A DNA stretch of 64,000 bases from a virus (taxonomy: Duplodnaviria; Caudoviricetes), in IMG/VR virus record IMGVR_UViG_3300025437_000009; one strand, written 5' to 3'. Numbering within the stretch: position 1 is the stretch's first letter; each line of letters opens with the position of its first letter. A program made the translations under genes and the position numbers. The notes under the pieces were generated by a model. That model did not search any database. It saw only the letters and a program-made list of their open reading frames with translations, and was not told the DNA's origin. Shown here piece by piece: positions 18,306-27,855 of this stretch.

Positions 18306-19216
18306 TACTTGACTGATATCCCGTCGGTCATCTTTTTCCAGAAATACTTTGATTCGTTGTAGTATGCAACTGGATTTTCATTTAGCATTTCTCTTGTAGG
18401 ACTACAAAAATCATCTGCTATAGCTTTTTTAACTAAAGGAGTTTTTGCGGCTTCCACTAATACTTTGCGCCAGGCTGAATATTTTTCTTCTGATACATTG
18501 GTAGGGACAATTAACTGTGCTGGACTTCCCATACGGGCCATAGCCGGCCCAAACCCTTGATCAAGCAGTAGTGGTTTGTTGTTGATAGAAACAGAACCAC
18601 CTATGCCTAACACATACATGCGTGACTTGGTACTATTTTCTTTTTCGTACTGTGTGGTATCGCCAAGAAGGTTAACTGCAAAATCAGTTTGCCCACTCAG
18701 TGCAGACATAACTGCTTCACTGGTACTCTTAAATGCAAGAATATCTAAATTGGGATATCGTTTGGCAATTTGAATAGCAGTCAAGTGTGTAGTTGTGCCC
18801 ATACCACTCATACCAATGGTCAATCTTTTGTCGGTGGGTACTTCTTTCCAGGACTTGTATTTGGATGAACTAATACCGAATGGTCCAAAACACACAGGCA
18901 TAAGTTCTTGGAAGTTGTCTTGATTGTAACCTGACTCTGGATACAAGTTAGAACGAATAAAGAAAGCCGAACTGGTTGCTAAAATAGTATTAGGGGTTTT
19001 TGCCACATGAGCTGCTGCAATAGCACCTCCAGCCCCAGGCTTGTAATCAACAATAAAGTTGTATTTTGACTGTAGCTTGTTAGCCGATTCGGCCAAAGCA
19101 CGATAGTAGTTAGCGGCAGTATCGCCTGCGGTCCAAGAATAAATGATTGTTACGTTTTCAGCCGATGCCGCAGTCAGTGCAAAGGTAGATAGCAAAATTG
19201 CTATAATTTTTTTCAT
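18305..19216 (-). CDS. Bug/TctC-family tripartite tricarboxylate transporter substrate-binding protein
   Basis: signal peptide; VDYKPGAGG.IA, GSG-like GMSGMGTTTHL, A.MSALSGQTD. Confidence 0.8.
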   Translation of the reverse strand: MKKIIAILLSTFALTAASAENVTIIYSWTAGDTAANYYRALAESANKLQSKYNFIVDYKPGAGGAIAAAHVAKTPNTILATSSAFFIRSNLYPESGYNQDNFQELMPVCFGPFGISSSKYKSWKEVPTDKRLTIGMSGMGTTTHLTAIQIAKRYPNLDILAFKSTSEAVMSALSGQTDFAVNLLGDTTQYEKENSTKSRMYVLGIGGSVSINNKPLLLDQGFGPAMARMGSPAQLIVPTNVSEEKYSAWRKVLVEAAKTPLVKKAIADDFCSPTREMLNENPVAYYNESKYFWKKMTDGISVK

Positions 19217-19253
19217 AAAGATTCCTAATTTAGATTATGTAATTGTATAAGAA

Positions 19254-19284
19254 ATGTAAGTGTATGTCAACCACACACTTACAT
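19254..19284 (-). terminator. terminator after dctP-like gene, with the -35 of the tctC-like promoter in its loop
   Basis: 10-bp inverted repeat ATGTAAGTGT/ACACTTACAT with TTGACA in the loop. Confidence 0.55.
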
Positions 19285-19288
19285 CAAT

Positions 19289-19777
19289 TTAACTACGTTT
19301 GATTTGGTCAATCAAGCCTGGGGTAAAAGTCGGCTCAAACTTTTCATACACTGACTGGGTTTTGGCTTTCCAATCTGCTCGTTCTTCGGGGGTTAGGTCA
19401 TGGATATTAACGCCCTCGGCTAATAAACGTTCGCGAGCTTCTTCACCATCGGCAATAGTTGCTTCGCGTTCTTTACGTCCGGCTTTGATAGCAGCATCTT
19501 TGATTACAGCACGTACTTCTGGGCTTAACTGTTGCCAAAAGTCATTACGCATAATCATAGTGGTTAAGAATAAACTATGCTTGCTATCAATTACACTTTT
19601 AGTAACTTCGTTTTGTCCCAACGGGTAAACACGGCTGTATACACCTTCGCCTGCATCACAATCACCTGCTTTGATATGTTCAGCTAGGTCTTCGATTTCA
19701 CAAACATAAGGTTCATCAACACCCAATGCTTTAAATGTTTCTTGTGCTACAGGATTACGGTTAGTTCTGATCTTCAT
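19289..19777 (-). CDS. TRAP transporter solute-binding protein (DctP-like), C-terminal half
   Basis: MKIRT...TFKALG, FWQQLSPE...I..AA. Confidence 0.75.
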   Translation of the reverse strand: MKIRTNRNPVAQETFKALGVDEPYVCEIEDLAEHIKAGDCDAGEGVYSRVYPLGQNEVTKSVIDSKHSLFLTTMIMRNDFWQQLSPEVRAVIKDAAIKAGRKEREATIADGEEARERLLAEGVNIHDLTPEERADWKAKTQSVYEKFEPTFTPGLIDQIKRS

Positions 19778-20240
19778 CAGTTAACCCTTTTAGTGTACTT
19801 ACTTGTTTGTTGCTCAACACATTGCGGAAACCGCCCGAGTATGTAAATGCCATGCCACGTACATTTGATTTTTCTGTAATCTTGTCTAACAAGAATTCGC
19901 CAACTTCGCCTTCTAACACACGAGTAGCGTGATCATGATCTTCAAAAATAAATGGCATTTCTAATGCCAACATATCTTGTTCATACTTTTCAGCTAACCA
20001 AGTTGTGTACATTTGGCTCATTTCAATCTTACCTTGTTCCATTAGGTCAAGTAAGTCATGTTTAGTAACTACAACACCATCATTATACTTTTGTGAATAC
20101 TCAGCCAATGTCATAACTTCTACTTCAATCTTTTCAGCTGTTTGAGCGGCATTAACAAAGTCTTGGAAATCTTTGGCAGCACGCACAAATAGACTCAATG
20201 GTTCGTGAGCAATAACCCAACGAATTTTAGTTGTTTTCAT
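19761..20240 (-). CDS. TRAP transporter solute-binding protein (DctP-like), N-terminal half, out of frame with C-half
   Basis: LEMPFIFED.DHA.RVL.GEVG..LL, YSGGFRN; no signal peptide. Confidence 0.75.
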   Translation of the reverse strand: MKTTKIRWVIAHEPLSLFVRAAKDFQDFVNAAQTAEKIEVEVMTLAEYSQKYNDGVVVTKHDLLDLMEQGKIEMSQMYTTWLAEKYEQDMLALEMPFIFEDHDHATRVLEGEVGEFLLDKITEKSNVRGMAFTYSGGFRNVLSNKQVSTLKGLTDEDQN

Positions 20241-20396
20241 TTTTAATTCCTTTATGTATATGTATTTTGGCTGGCGTTCTACGTGTATCACAGTAGTAAA
20301 AGGGTACTTACCCCAGGCGTCTGACGTCAACAAGAGTGTCGGCGTTGCTACTATTATTTATCCGTGATTAAAATCTATTGTGGATATTGATCCGAC

Positions 20397-20729
20397 TTGC
20401 AGTTAAGTCTCGAAGACTATGCCAAACAAAACAATGTCATTAGATTCGATGCGGCCTTTTGTCTAGGATCAATCAACTTTGGATCTGTAGAAGATATCGA
20501 ACATCAAATTGGTCTAGTGGTGCAATTACTAAAAACAAAAAATTCGAGAATTTATTGGCGTTGTAATCCCGGCCGTAAAGATCATAAAAATCCAGACTGT
20601 GAATCAATTGACTTTTATCCGTGGTCGTTTGACGATCACCATAGGCTCGCTGAAAAATTTGGTTTTACTGTTAATGAACTTGATTGGGACTCTAATAATA
20701 GGATTTATGCAGAATGGGTAAAGAAATAA
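20397..20729 (+). pseudogene. truncated class I SAM methyltransferase-like fragment
   Basis: FCLGSINFG and IYWRCNPG resemble the C-half of small phage methyltransferases; no motif I, weak TTG start. Confidence 0.35.
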
Positions 20730-20848
20730 CAACTCAGCATAATATTTAATCCAAATGAGTTGTATATAAACACGCTGTTTATCATCAGGAAACCAGAGCC
20801 TAAATACTTGTGTAGGTAGCACGACACTACTACTTCAAGGAGACAAGA

Positions 20849-21616
20849 TTGTCTAGACGTCAAAAGAGAGCTTCCGCTCTATTAGTAAACGATAGCAGTA
20901 TCAGCAGTTTCAGCAGTAACAATACAGTAAGAATGGACTTGTATCAAAAAAATTCAAAACCTCAACAACGTCCAATAACACTTCTACCAAAAAGCCTAAC
21001 ACAAGAAACATATATTGATCTATTAACTGATCCTAGCCGCCTGATAGTTTTTGCAACAGGTCCAGCAGGTACCGGTAAAACTATGTTGGCCGTACTAGCA
21101 GCACTCAAGGCCTTTAGATCGGGTGCATGTGATCGCATTGTGGTTACCAGACCAGCGGTAGGTGTTGATGACGAAGAGCATGGATTCTTACCTGGTGATT
21201 TGAATGAAAAGATGGCTCCGTGGACCCGTCCTATATTTGACATCATTGGAGAATACTATCGCCAAAGCGAAATTGTACGTATGCTAGATGAACAACAGAT
21301 TGAGATATCTCCCCTGGCATATATGAGAGGAAGAACATTTAAAAACTCGTGGATTATTGCAGACGAAATGCAAAACGCGACACCAAGTCAGATGAAAATG
21401 TTACTCACACGATTAGGCGAAGGCTCAAAGATGATTGTTACTGGCGATACACGTCAGGCAGATCGTAGCGAAGGCGAAAACGGATTATTGGATTTCCAAA
21501 ATCTAGTAGAAAGCTATAAAAAGTGTAACTACGTTAGTGGTGTAGAATTTGAACACCGAGACATTCAACGCCATCCTGCGGTACTTGAAATACTTAAGAT
21601 TTACGGGGAGGTTTGA
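20849..21616 (+). CDS. phoH: PhoH-like ATPase
   Basis: GPAGTGKT, GFLPG, RGRTF, DEMQN, GD..QAD; AAGGAG SD and TAAATA upstream. Confidence 0.93.
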   Translation: MSRRQKRASALLVNDSSISSFSSNNTVRMDLYQKNSKPQQRPITLLPKSLTQETYIDLLTDPSRLIVFATGPAGTGKTMLAVLAALKAFRSGACDRIVVTRPAVGVDDEEHGFLPGDLNEKMAPWTRPIFDIIGEYYRQSEIVRMLDEQQIEISPLAYMRGRTFKNSWIIADEMQNATPSQMKMLLTRLGEGSKMIVTGDTRQADRSEGENGLLDFQNLVESYKKCNYVSGVEFEHRDIQRHPAVLEILKIYGEV

Positions 21617-22197
21617 CCTACGATTATTTCGTAAACTTCCCGCCAGTTTTTAACTGTACGTACATGGTCATGATAGTGATTCATATTATGACCATGTTCC
21701 ATGAGTAAGCTATTAAGACCTAGGTCAGCACCTAGTTCAGCATTTTCAACTTTATCTTCAATCCACCAACAGCCTGTGTCCCTGTACTGGTATAGTGCAG
21801 AGTCTTTTGGTGCACCGGTATCTAAACAAATAATTTTTTGAAATACCGTCTTTCCAAACAACTTGCGTAGATTCATTTCACGCAGTTTGACAGCATTAGG
21901 TTCTACGCTTACTGATGTGATACAATGGAATACATATCCATGCTCTTTGTGTAGTTTTTCAACATAGTGCATACTATCACGCAGAGGCGGTAGGAATCCA
22001 ATGGCAGCACTTTCATTAAACATTTTGATTAACTTAACAATCTGCGGTCTTGATATACCGTAACGCACACTCATGTCGTAGTTTAGTTCTCCACCTGGAA
22101 TCAATTCAAAGCCGTGTTGCTCCATCCAAATTTCAAACGCATATTCCCAATTAAGCAGGACGCCGTCGGCATCTACTAGTATAACTGATTCTTTCAT
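21601..22197 (-). CDS. HAD-family 5'(3')-nucleotidase-like protein
   Basis: LVDADGVLLNW motif I; WIED..EN. Confidence 0.75.
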   Translation of the reverse strand: MKESVILVDADGVLLNWEYAFEIWMEQHGFELIPGGELNYDMSVRYGISRPQIVKLIKMFNESAAIGFLPPLRDSMHYVEKLHKEHGYVFHCITSVSVEPNAVKLREMNLRKLFGKTVFQKIICLDTGAPKDSALYQYRDTGCWWIEDKVENAELGADLGLNSLLMEHGHNMNHYHDHVRTVKNWREVYEIIVGQTSP

Positions 22198-22853
22198 AGG
22201 ACCTTTACATAGTTAAGCACAGTAACACGAGCATTATTTTTATACTCGTCCTCACGGTGATCTTTAATACGAGCTGATATCTTACCTACCTCACAGATCT
22301 TGTCTAAGCTACGAGCCCAGTAAAACAACAAATTACCTGCACCGTCATAGCCATATACTGCCCAGCAATCTAAACTTTTAATATAACGCTTTTCAAGCAA
22401 GGTAAAGTCAGTGGTGATTCGATCTCGAGTGTGGCCAACATAGCGACTGTGGTGTTCATAGCGAGCACTGATTTCTCTGACATGATCTTTGCGTTGATAG
22501 TCGTCAGCTAATTTTGGTACCCAAGCAACAATACCAAAATCTCGTGTTGCAATAGTTTGATTAGAGATTAGATCAACTGCTTGTCCTAAAAAACGATCTG
22601 GTGTGCCTTTGAGGCTTTGCATGATTACCGTTTGTTGCAGATATTGAACGATGCCTTCGGCTTCTTTGCGATGAAAATCATTTACCACAAACGGAGCTCC
22701 GTTACCTTCCAAATAGTTGGTGATCAGCTGACGATTTGGATCCTGAACCAAATCTCCTCTAACGGGATTACGCAGTATATTGCGACCATTTGACTCATAG
22801 GCTGCTATAGAAGCAGACAGTACGTCTAAGGTTGGGTAAGATTTTGTTTTCAT
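22194..22853 (-). CDS. hypothetical protein with OB-fold-like C-terminus
   Basis: ORF behind a sigma70 promoter. Confidence 0.6.
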   Translation of the reverse strand: MKTKSYPTLDVLSASIAAYESNGRNILRNPVRGDLVQDPNRQLITNYLEGNGAPFVVNDFHRKEAEGIVQYLQQTVIMQSLKGTPDRFLGQAVDLISNQTIATRDFGIVAWVPKLADDYQRKDHVREISARYEHHSRYVGHTRDRITTDFTLLEKRYIKSLDCWAVYGYDGAGNLLFYWARSLDKICEVGKISARIKDHREDEYKNNARVTVLNYVKVL

Positions 22854-22857
22854 AATA

Positions 22858-22889
22858 CATTATAGCATTTTGGCAATTTGGGGTCAACC
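22858..22889 (-). promoter_or_regulatory. sigma70-type promoter with conserved AATTGCCAAAAT spacer
   Basis: TTGACC-17-TATAAT. Confidence 0.75.
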
Positions 22890-22905
22890 ACCCCATAAAT
22901 ACTAG

Positions 22906-23799
22906 ATGATTAATGTATATCAACGTGGTGGGCATACTATGGGAGATACCCTTATAGCTATGAGCCTTTTCAACAGTTTAAACCAACCAGTAAATTTAAC
23001 CACTTCACCAGAATCCCTATACAATCGGTGGAAAGATATACTTAACATCAACGAACAAATTACAATAACTATTGACAACTACTGCCCATTATATCAAAAT
23101 CCACCTCACCCAAGATTTTTAGAAAGTTTTAAAGTCTTTAATCAATATATAAAGCCTGATTCGGTTCAGCTATTTGGACAACAGTTTACTACAGGACGTC
23201 GTGGCAAACGTGGTGTTGCTGTGCTAATCAACAATGGTGACCAAATAAAAAATAGTGACTATTTTGAACTAGTAACTACTACTAGAGAATATCCTTATAT
23301 TAAATTTCATCCTTGGGAATTATACGAAAAAATTTTATTATTAGTTCAAGCCGCAGGATACGATCCTTACATCATCGACAATAAAAATACATCTGTTGAA
23401 AATAAAATTTTTATCCTTAACGAACTTTGCGATTTTGTAATTGGTTATGAGGGTGGCTTGTGTCACTTAGCACATACTCTACGATTGCCGACTATAATAT
23501 TGCCTTGGCGTACACGTTTGGATGAAATTAATGTTACAGATTTTTTGCATCTCGATAAACAAACATATTTTGTTCGAGACACTAGTGAAATTTTTGGATG
23601 GTCCCCCGAATACCTAACAAATTTAGTTGACGGGTTATACCATGAAGAGGGTTTTAATAATCAATGGATGACGGTTGATTCATTTCCAGATTCTGGACCA
23701 TTTATTGACTATTATTATACCGGGTCAAGCGACCAATTCAGACAACAGTATGAGTGGGTTATACAATACATGGATAAAAAAACACTAGGCGGTTATTAG
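22906..23799 (+). CDS. GT9-like (heptosyltransferase-type) glycosyltransferase
   Basis: MGD.LIA N-terminus; IGYEGGLCHLA..L..P.IIL. Confidence 0.55.
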   Translation: MINVYQRGGHTMGDTLIAMSLFNSLNQPVNLTTSPESLYNRWKDILNINEQITITIDNYCPLYQNPPHPRFLESFKVFNQYIKPDSVQLFGQQFTTGRRGKRGVAVLINNGDQIKNSDYFELVTTTREYPYIKFHPWELYEKILLLVQAAGYDPYIIDNKNTSVENKIFILNELCDFVIGYEGGLCHLAHTLRLPTIILPWRTRLDEINVTDFLHLDKQTYFVRDTSEIFGWSPEYLTNLVDGLYHEEGFNNQWMTVDSFPDSGPFIDYYYTGSSDQFRQQYEWVIQYMDKKTLGGY

Positions 23800-24038
23800 C
23801 CTTTGAGTTTGGTGTGTACGTATTGATGTAGGGTGTTTAAATAGGAGGTTTGATTGGCCAATTTAGACTCTACGGCTTCTAAACGGCTACGCAACTGTTG
23901 ATTTTCTGTTTGAAGTTGCTCTAGTGTTACTTTAGTGTCTTTAAGAACTTTTTCGTGACTCAAGAGATTGGGACGTGGCGGAGCATTGGGATCCACAGCC
24001 CTTTTCTTTTTAGTGCGATACATGTCAAACATACTCAT
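23796..24038 (-). CDS. coiled-coil hypothetical protein
   Basis: intact ORF, overlapping neighbour. Confidence 0.6.
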   Translation of the reverse strand: MSMFDMYRTKKKRAVDPNAPPRPNLLSHEKVLKDTKVTLEQLQTENQQLRSRLEAVESKLANQTSYLNTLHQYVHTKLKG

Positions 24039-24358
24039 ACGTAATATTTATCCTGCGGTAAACTAGGCCATTTAACACATACTGTATCGGTGTCTTCAGT
24101 ATAGTAACCTTCAGCCCAATCGCCAGGTTCTACTACGCAAACATCTCCTGTGCGATATTCTTCACCATTTAAGATCATGCACCCACGAGTGATCAACTGC
24201 ATTTCAGTGACTATCTTGTGATAGTGTCGAGGATAGATTGTGCCTGCGGGGTTGGTTTGAAAACACACTTCATAGTCCGGGGTGCGATGTAGAGCTTCGG
24301 GAAAGTCGCCTACAAACCAACCGCGAGCACCACTATCACTCAGCCGGTGTCGCTTCAA
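24035..24358 (-). CDS. cupin (RmlC-like) protein
   Basis: GWFVGDF; HYH...E...G.M..NG....GD. Confidence 0.65.
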   Translation of the reverse strand: MKRHRLSDSGARGWFVGDFPEALHRTPDYEVCFQTNPAGTIYPRHYHKIVTEMQLITRGCMILNGEEYRTGDVCVVEPGDWAEGYYTEDTDTVCVKWPSLPQDKYYV

Positions 24359-24710
24359 CTTTAACTTCCTCTGTGGCTTCTTCTTGGGGAATAAACTGCT
24401 CTAAGTACGCCATATCCAACTGCGCCATTGTTTGAATAACATACTGTGGATAACCTTCTAAGAAATACTTAAACAAGTCATCAAATGTTTTTTCTGTACC
24501 GAACTTGTTGTAAACAACTTTCTTTTCGTTGAGGTTTAGAATAACACCAGCGTATTGGCGGTCCTTGCTACTCAAACCTTTGGTAAATTCGATACGTTCG
24601 TCGTACTGATAGTTATCAGGATTCTTGTTCCATCCTGCTACTTGTGTTTGTACTCCAGCACGTGGCTTTTGTACATAAAATGCGATAAGATGTATGTCTT
24701 TAATTTTCAT
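24336..24710 (-). CDS. hypothetical protein
   Basis: intact ORF. Confidence 0.6.
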   Translation of the reverse strand: MKIKDIHLIAFYVQKPRAGVQTQVAGWNKNPDNYQYDERIEFTKGLSSKDRQYAGVILNLNEKKVVYNKFGTEKTFDDLFKYFLEGYPQYVIQTMAQLDMAYLEQFIPQEEATEEVKVEATPAE

Positions 24711-25392
24711 AAATTTCCTTATATTTTTTAATTAAAAATTCTGAGTATGCTTTATTTCCTTCCGGACCGTGATGCCCGTCCCATCCATATTGACTATAAT
24801 CTGCTGGCCTGATGTTCAATTTTTGATTGTATGTACCGTAGGTATTGTCAAACAAATTGACGATTTCTTTGTGATTGCTAACTTCTAAATAAAAATCATT
24901 TACTAAAGGAAGTGGATTATGTTCTAATGGTTTAGAGCAAAAGTGAAACATAAATTTGCAGTTTGCATATTTAAAAAATCCATACAGGTTTAAAAGGTTA
25001 GAAAGAAATTGCGTTTCTTCAAATTCTCTACTGTAGGTTATGATGTTTTCTTTAGGTGAATCAATTCCAGAGTGTTTTTTACTTCTCACCCCACGTTCTT
25101 TTGGATTGGGATTTTTTTTGTCAGGTGCATTACCTGTTCTAAACTCCGAAGCAAAGAAATCACGGCGTTCAAGATGTGTAAATCCCAGCAGGAAAAAAAC
25201 TTCTGTATTTTTATTTTCAATAGCAAATCGTGTGGCATTACGCATAATACCTTCGTTTGATTTTCCAATGTATGCATAATTAACAACAGATGATGCATTT
25301 ACATGGTCACCGAATAGAGACCAGTAACTGTCTTGAGCTTCTACATAATACCAAGGAGTAGTGTAACTGTCCCCGTCAACATACAGAATCAT
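24700..25392 (-). CDS. SGNH/GDSL hydrolase-like protein
   Basis: GDSY N-terminal motif; C-terminal GHHGPEG. Confidence 0.55.
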   Translation of the reverse strand: MILYVDGDSYTTPWYYVEAQDSYWSLFGDHVNASSVVNYAYIGKSNEGIMRNATRFAIENKNTEVFFLLGFTHLERRDFFASEFRTGNAPDKKNPNPKERGVRSKKHSGIDSPKENIITYSREFEETQFLSNLLNLYGFFKYANCKFMFHFCSKPLEHNPLPLVNDFYLEVSNHKEIVNLFDNTYGTYNQKLNIRPADYSQYGWDGHHGPEGNKAYSEFLIKKYKEIYEN

Positions 25393-26315
25393 TATTGTTC
25401 AATCTGTGTTAGTTCTACTAGTGTTGCTGAAAGATTAATTTCTTGATCTGCTACTAAGGGAATGTTCACAAGGCCCTTGCGTATGGCTAGAATTGCGGCG
25501 TCTTGACCTTCTTGTGTTTTTGACCATAGCTCTAAGTTATCATACATCCAGCGGAATACATCATCTGTGGCATCTGTATTTGATTGAGCACAAATTACCT
25601 TGCGTGCTTCAACAATCTTACCTGCTTTAAACAAAGCTACAGCATCAAGTTTCCAATCCTTGACACCGCGATCATTTTCTCCAGGTTGACTTAACGTTCC
25701 TGTGGTTGAGTTTGCTTGTAGCAAGTTCAAACATTTGCGTAGATCTGGATATGTTGCTTTGACATACGAGTCTAAAGTATCGAGATCAAACTCTACTGTT
25801 TCGGTCACTAAGATAGTTGCTGCACGTGCAGTAAACTCTGTTACGTCACTTTTATCAATGTGGAAACCTTGACAACGACTGTGTAGTGCATCCATGATCT
25901 TGTGTGGCAGATTACAGGTCAGGATAAAACGTGCAGACTCTTGATATGTTTCCATTAGGCCACGCATGATAGCCTGTGCGTTGTGTGTCAGGTAGTCCGC
26001 TTCGTCTAGGAGCACCACTTTAAATTTGCCCCACGGCATAGTACTAACAAATCCTTCTACACGACTTTTAATAAAATCCACGCCGTTATCACGTGATGCA
26101 TTGATGTGTAATACATCATATTCTTCAATGGCCAGTTCGTTGATTAAGACCTTAGCTAGTGTGGTCTTACCTGTACCCGGTGATCCGCTTAATAAGATAT
26201 GGGGGATAGCACCATCCCGAATCCAAGCATCTACCTGTTCACGTTGATTATTATCAGTAAACACATAATCTGCTACTGTCTTAGGGCGATATTTCTCTGT
26301 CCAAAGTTCTTTCAT
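25392..26315 (-). CDS. clamp loader small subunit (RFC / T4 gp44-like)
   Basis: LWTEKYRP, GSPGTGKT, LLDEAD, ALHSRC. Confidence 0.9.
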   Translation of the reverse strand: MKELWTEKYRPKTVADYVFTDNNQREQVDAWIRDGAIPHILLSGSPGTGKTTLAKVLINELAIEEYDVLHINASRDNGVDFIKSRVEGFVSTMPWGKFKVVLLDEADYLTHNAQAIMRGLMETYQESARFILTCNLPHKIMDALHSRCQGFHIDKSDVTEFTARAATILVTETVEFDLDTLDSYVKATYPDLRKCLNLLQANSTTGTLSQPGENDRGVKDWKLDAVALFKAGKIVEARKVICAQSNTDATDDVFRWMYDNLELWSKTQEGQDAAILAIRKGLVNIPLVADQEINLSATLVELTQIEQ

Positions 26316-26503
26316 TCTTTTACCTGTTGTATAATTGATTGTGCTATTGTATTGGCTTTGTCGTCTTGAATCGAGTATTGATGTAACCGATCTGCATCAT
26401 AACGGATACTTTGACTTAATTCGCATTCTCCAACTTCGGCTTCGACTAAACGAGCAATGTCATGCAGTTGAATTACTGCATCAACTAGTTTAAGATTTCT
26501 CAT
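26312..26503 (-). CDS. hypothetical protein (63 aa)
   Basis: ATGA-coupled ORF. Confidence 0.6.
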   Translation of the reverse strand: MRNLKLVDAVIQLHDIARLVEAEVGECELSQSIRYDADRLHQYSIQDDKANTIAQSIIQQVKE

Positions 26504-26640
26504 ACTAGTTCTTCGGCAATACCCAATAACTCTGCACCGGCTAATAGGCCAGCTGCCATTTGGAAATCACAGTATGCTAAAAAATAACAAGCGGCAATAC
26601 GTACTAGACTTTTAATAAGACTAACTTTGAGATGGTTCAT
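26500..26640 (-). CDS. small membrane protein (46 aa), absent from ORF track
   Basis: MNHLKVSLIKSLVRIAAC...LGIAEELV; ATGA overlaps on both sides. Confidence 0.65.
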   Translation of the reverse strand: MNHLKVSLIKSLVRIAACYFLAYCDFQMAAGLLAGAELLGIAEELV

Positions 26641-26840
26641 TTTGTACCTTTGAAAAATTTAATAATATTATTGAAACGTGTTTTGAATGTTGTTGATGAT
26701 ATCGTTGCTGGCACATGCGGACAACGTCCTTGGCGCCAAGTACAGGAGTCTGTAATGACCTGGCGACAAATACTGCATTTTGGTGGTTGTTTGATTTTTC
26801 CTACTGCTTGAGTAGCTGTACGACTCTGTCCTGTTCCCAT
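26637..26840 (-). CDS. small Cys-containing protein
   Basis: CSIC....C.W.QGRCPH. Confidence 0.5.
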   Translation of the reverse strand: MGTGQSRTATQAVGKIKQPPKCSICRQVITDSCTWRQGRCPHVPATISSTTFKTRFNNIIKFFKGTK

Positions 26841-27022
26841 TGTTCTTCCCCAGTGAATGTTGGCAAACGATTATATTCATCTTCTAGCCAACATTTTAAC
26901 ATATATAATTCTTGTTTACAAGAAGAACTGGTAAAACCGTCATTGTATGGGGATTTTATTTCTGCCAAACTTTTCATTATGGCAAATTTGGCAGGATGTA
27001 GATTGGGTTTTTCAAATCCCAT
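26801..27022 (-). CDS. hypothetical protein (73 aa)
   Basis: ATG one base after the groES stop. Confidence 0.6.
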   Translation of the reverse strand: MGFEKPNLHPAKFAIMKSLAEIKSPYNDGFTSSSCKQELYMLKCWLEDEYNRLPTFTGEEQWEQDRVVQLLKQ

Positions 27023-27023
27023 A

Positions 27024-27398
27024 TTACCAGCGGTCTTTGGAATCGATTTGGGTAGCGTCCGAAACAGTATCATCGCCTGCGGGCTCAACATCAGATACTA
27101 GTAGGATATCATTTGGGTCAATACGGCGTAGTGTAAGTTCACCGGTATCGTCCTCAACTTTGACACCGCGTGTCCAACGACCGTGTGCTACTAGGATCCA
27201 TTGTCCAACTTGGACATCTTGTTGATCTGGACCAACAGAATATACGTTAGCCCAACGTGGACGGATACCAGCACCACGTCCATCATCGTTTAACAAATAG
27301 ATACCACTACTTAGTTTACGTTCTTTAAAATTCATGTCTCGTACCAGCACATGATCGTTTAGTGCCCGTATAGTTTTGATTTTAATTGAGTCAAGCAT
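27024..27398 (-). CDS. groES: co-chaperonin GroES-like
   Basis: IRALNDHVLV, SSGIYL, V.SVGP....VQVG..ILV, DILLV. Confidence 0.85.
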   Translation of the reverse strand: MLDSIKIKTIRALNDHVLVRDMNFKERKLSSGIYLLNDDGRGAGIRPRWANVYSVGPDQQDVQVGQWILVAHGRWTRGVKVEDDTGELTLRRIDPNDILLVSDVEPAGDDTVSDATQIDSKDRW

Positions 27399-27399
27399 G

Positions 27400-27843
27400 T
27401 TAGATTCTTCCTGGACCGTTTGATTTCTTTTGTTCTTTTGGTGAAGGCATAGGTTCTTGAGTAACTGTAGTGGGTTTAGCCACTGAACTTGCTAGACTAC
27501 CACGTGCAGCAGGCGTAGCTGGTTCGGTGTCTGTTGCTGTTGGTGTAACTGGAACTGTTAAATTATTGGATAACTCTGCTAATTTTTGAGCATTACTAGC
27601 TTCAATTAAGGCCTGGCGGCGTGCTGTGTTTTCTGGGCTGTTTGGACTATAACCAGCGTCTGGAACAGAGTAAAGTTGATCCATAATAGCGTTACGGCCT
27701 GTAACAACTTGTTTACCTGAACCTAACAAATCGCCTCTAGCATTTACTCGCATGTTTCCCACAGCTACCGCGGCTTCGTTGGTCAATTTGACCTTGTCCA
27801 TATCAATGGCTTTGCCCCGGGCGGTTTTGTATATCTTTGTCAT
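27400..27843 (-). CDS. hypothetical protein
   Basis: YKTARGK.IDM, VGNMRVNARGD. Confidence 0.6.
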   Translation of the reverse strand: MTKIYKTARGKAIDMDKVKLTNEAAVAVGNMRVNARGDLLGSGKQVVTGRNAIMDQLYSVPDAGYSPNSPENTARRQALIEASNAQKLAELSNNLTVPVTPTATDTEPATPAARGSLASSVAKPTTVTQEPMPSPKEQKKSNGPGRI

Positions 27844-27855
27844 TTACTTCTCCTG

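Noticed and set aside
19778-19795. Programmed -1 frameshift at CTA AAA GGG in the DctP gene
   Set aside because: Not an X XXY YYZ heptamer, the needed shift is +1, and the second frame has a TAA just after this site
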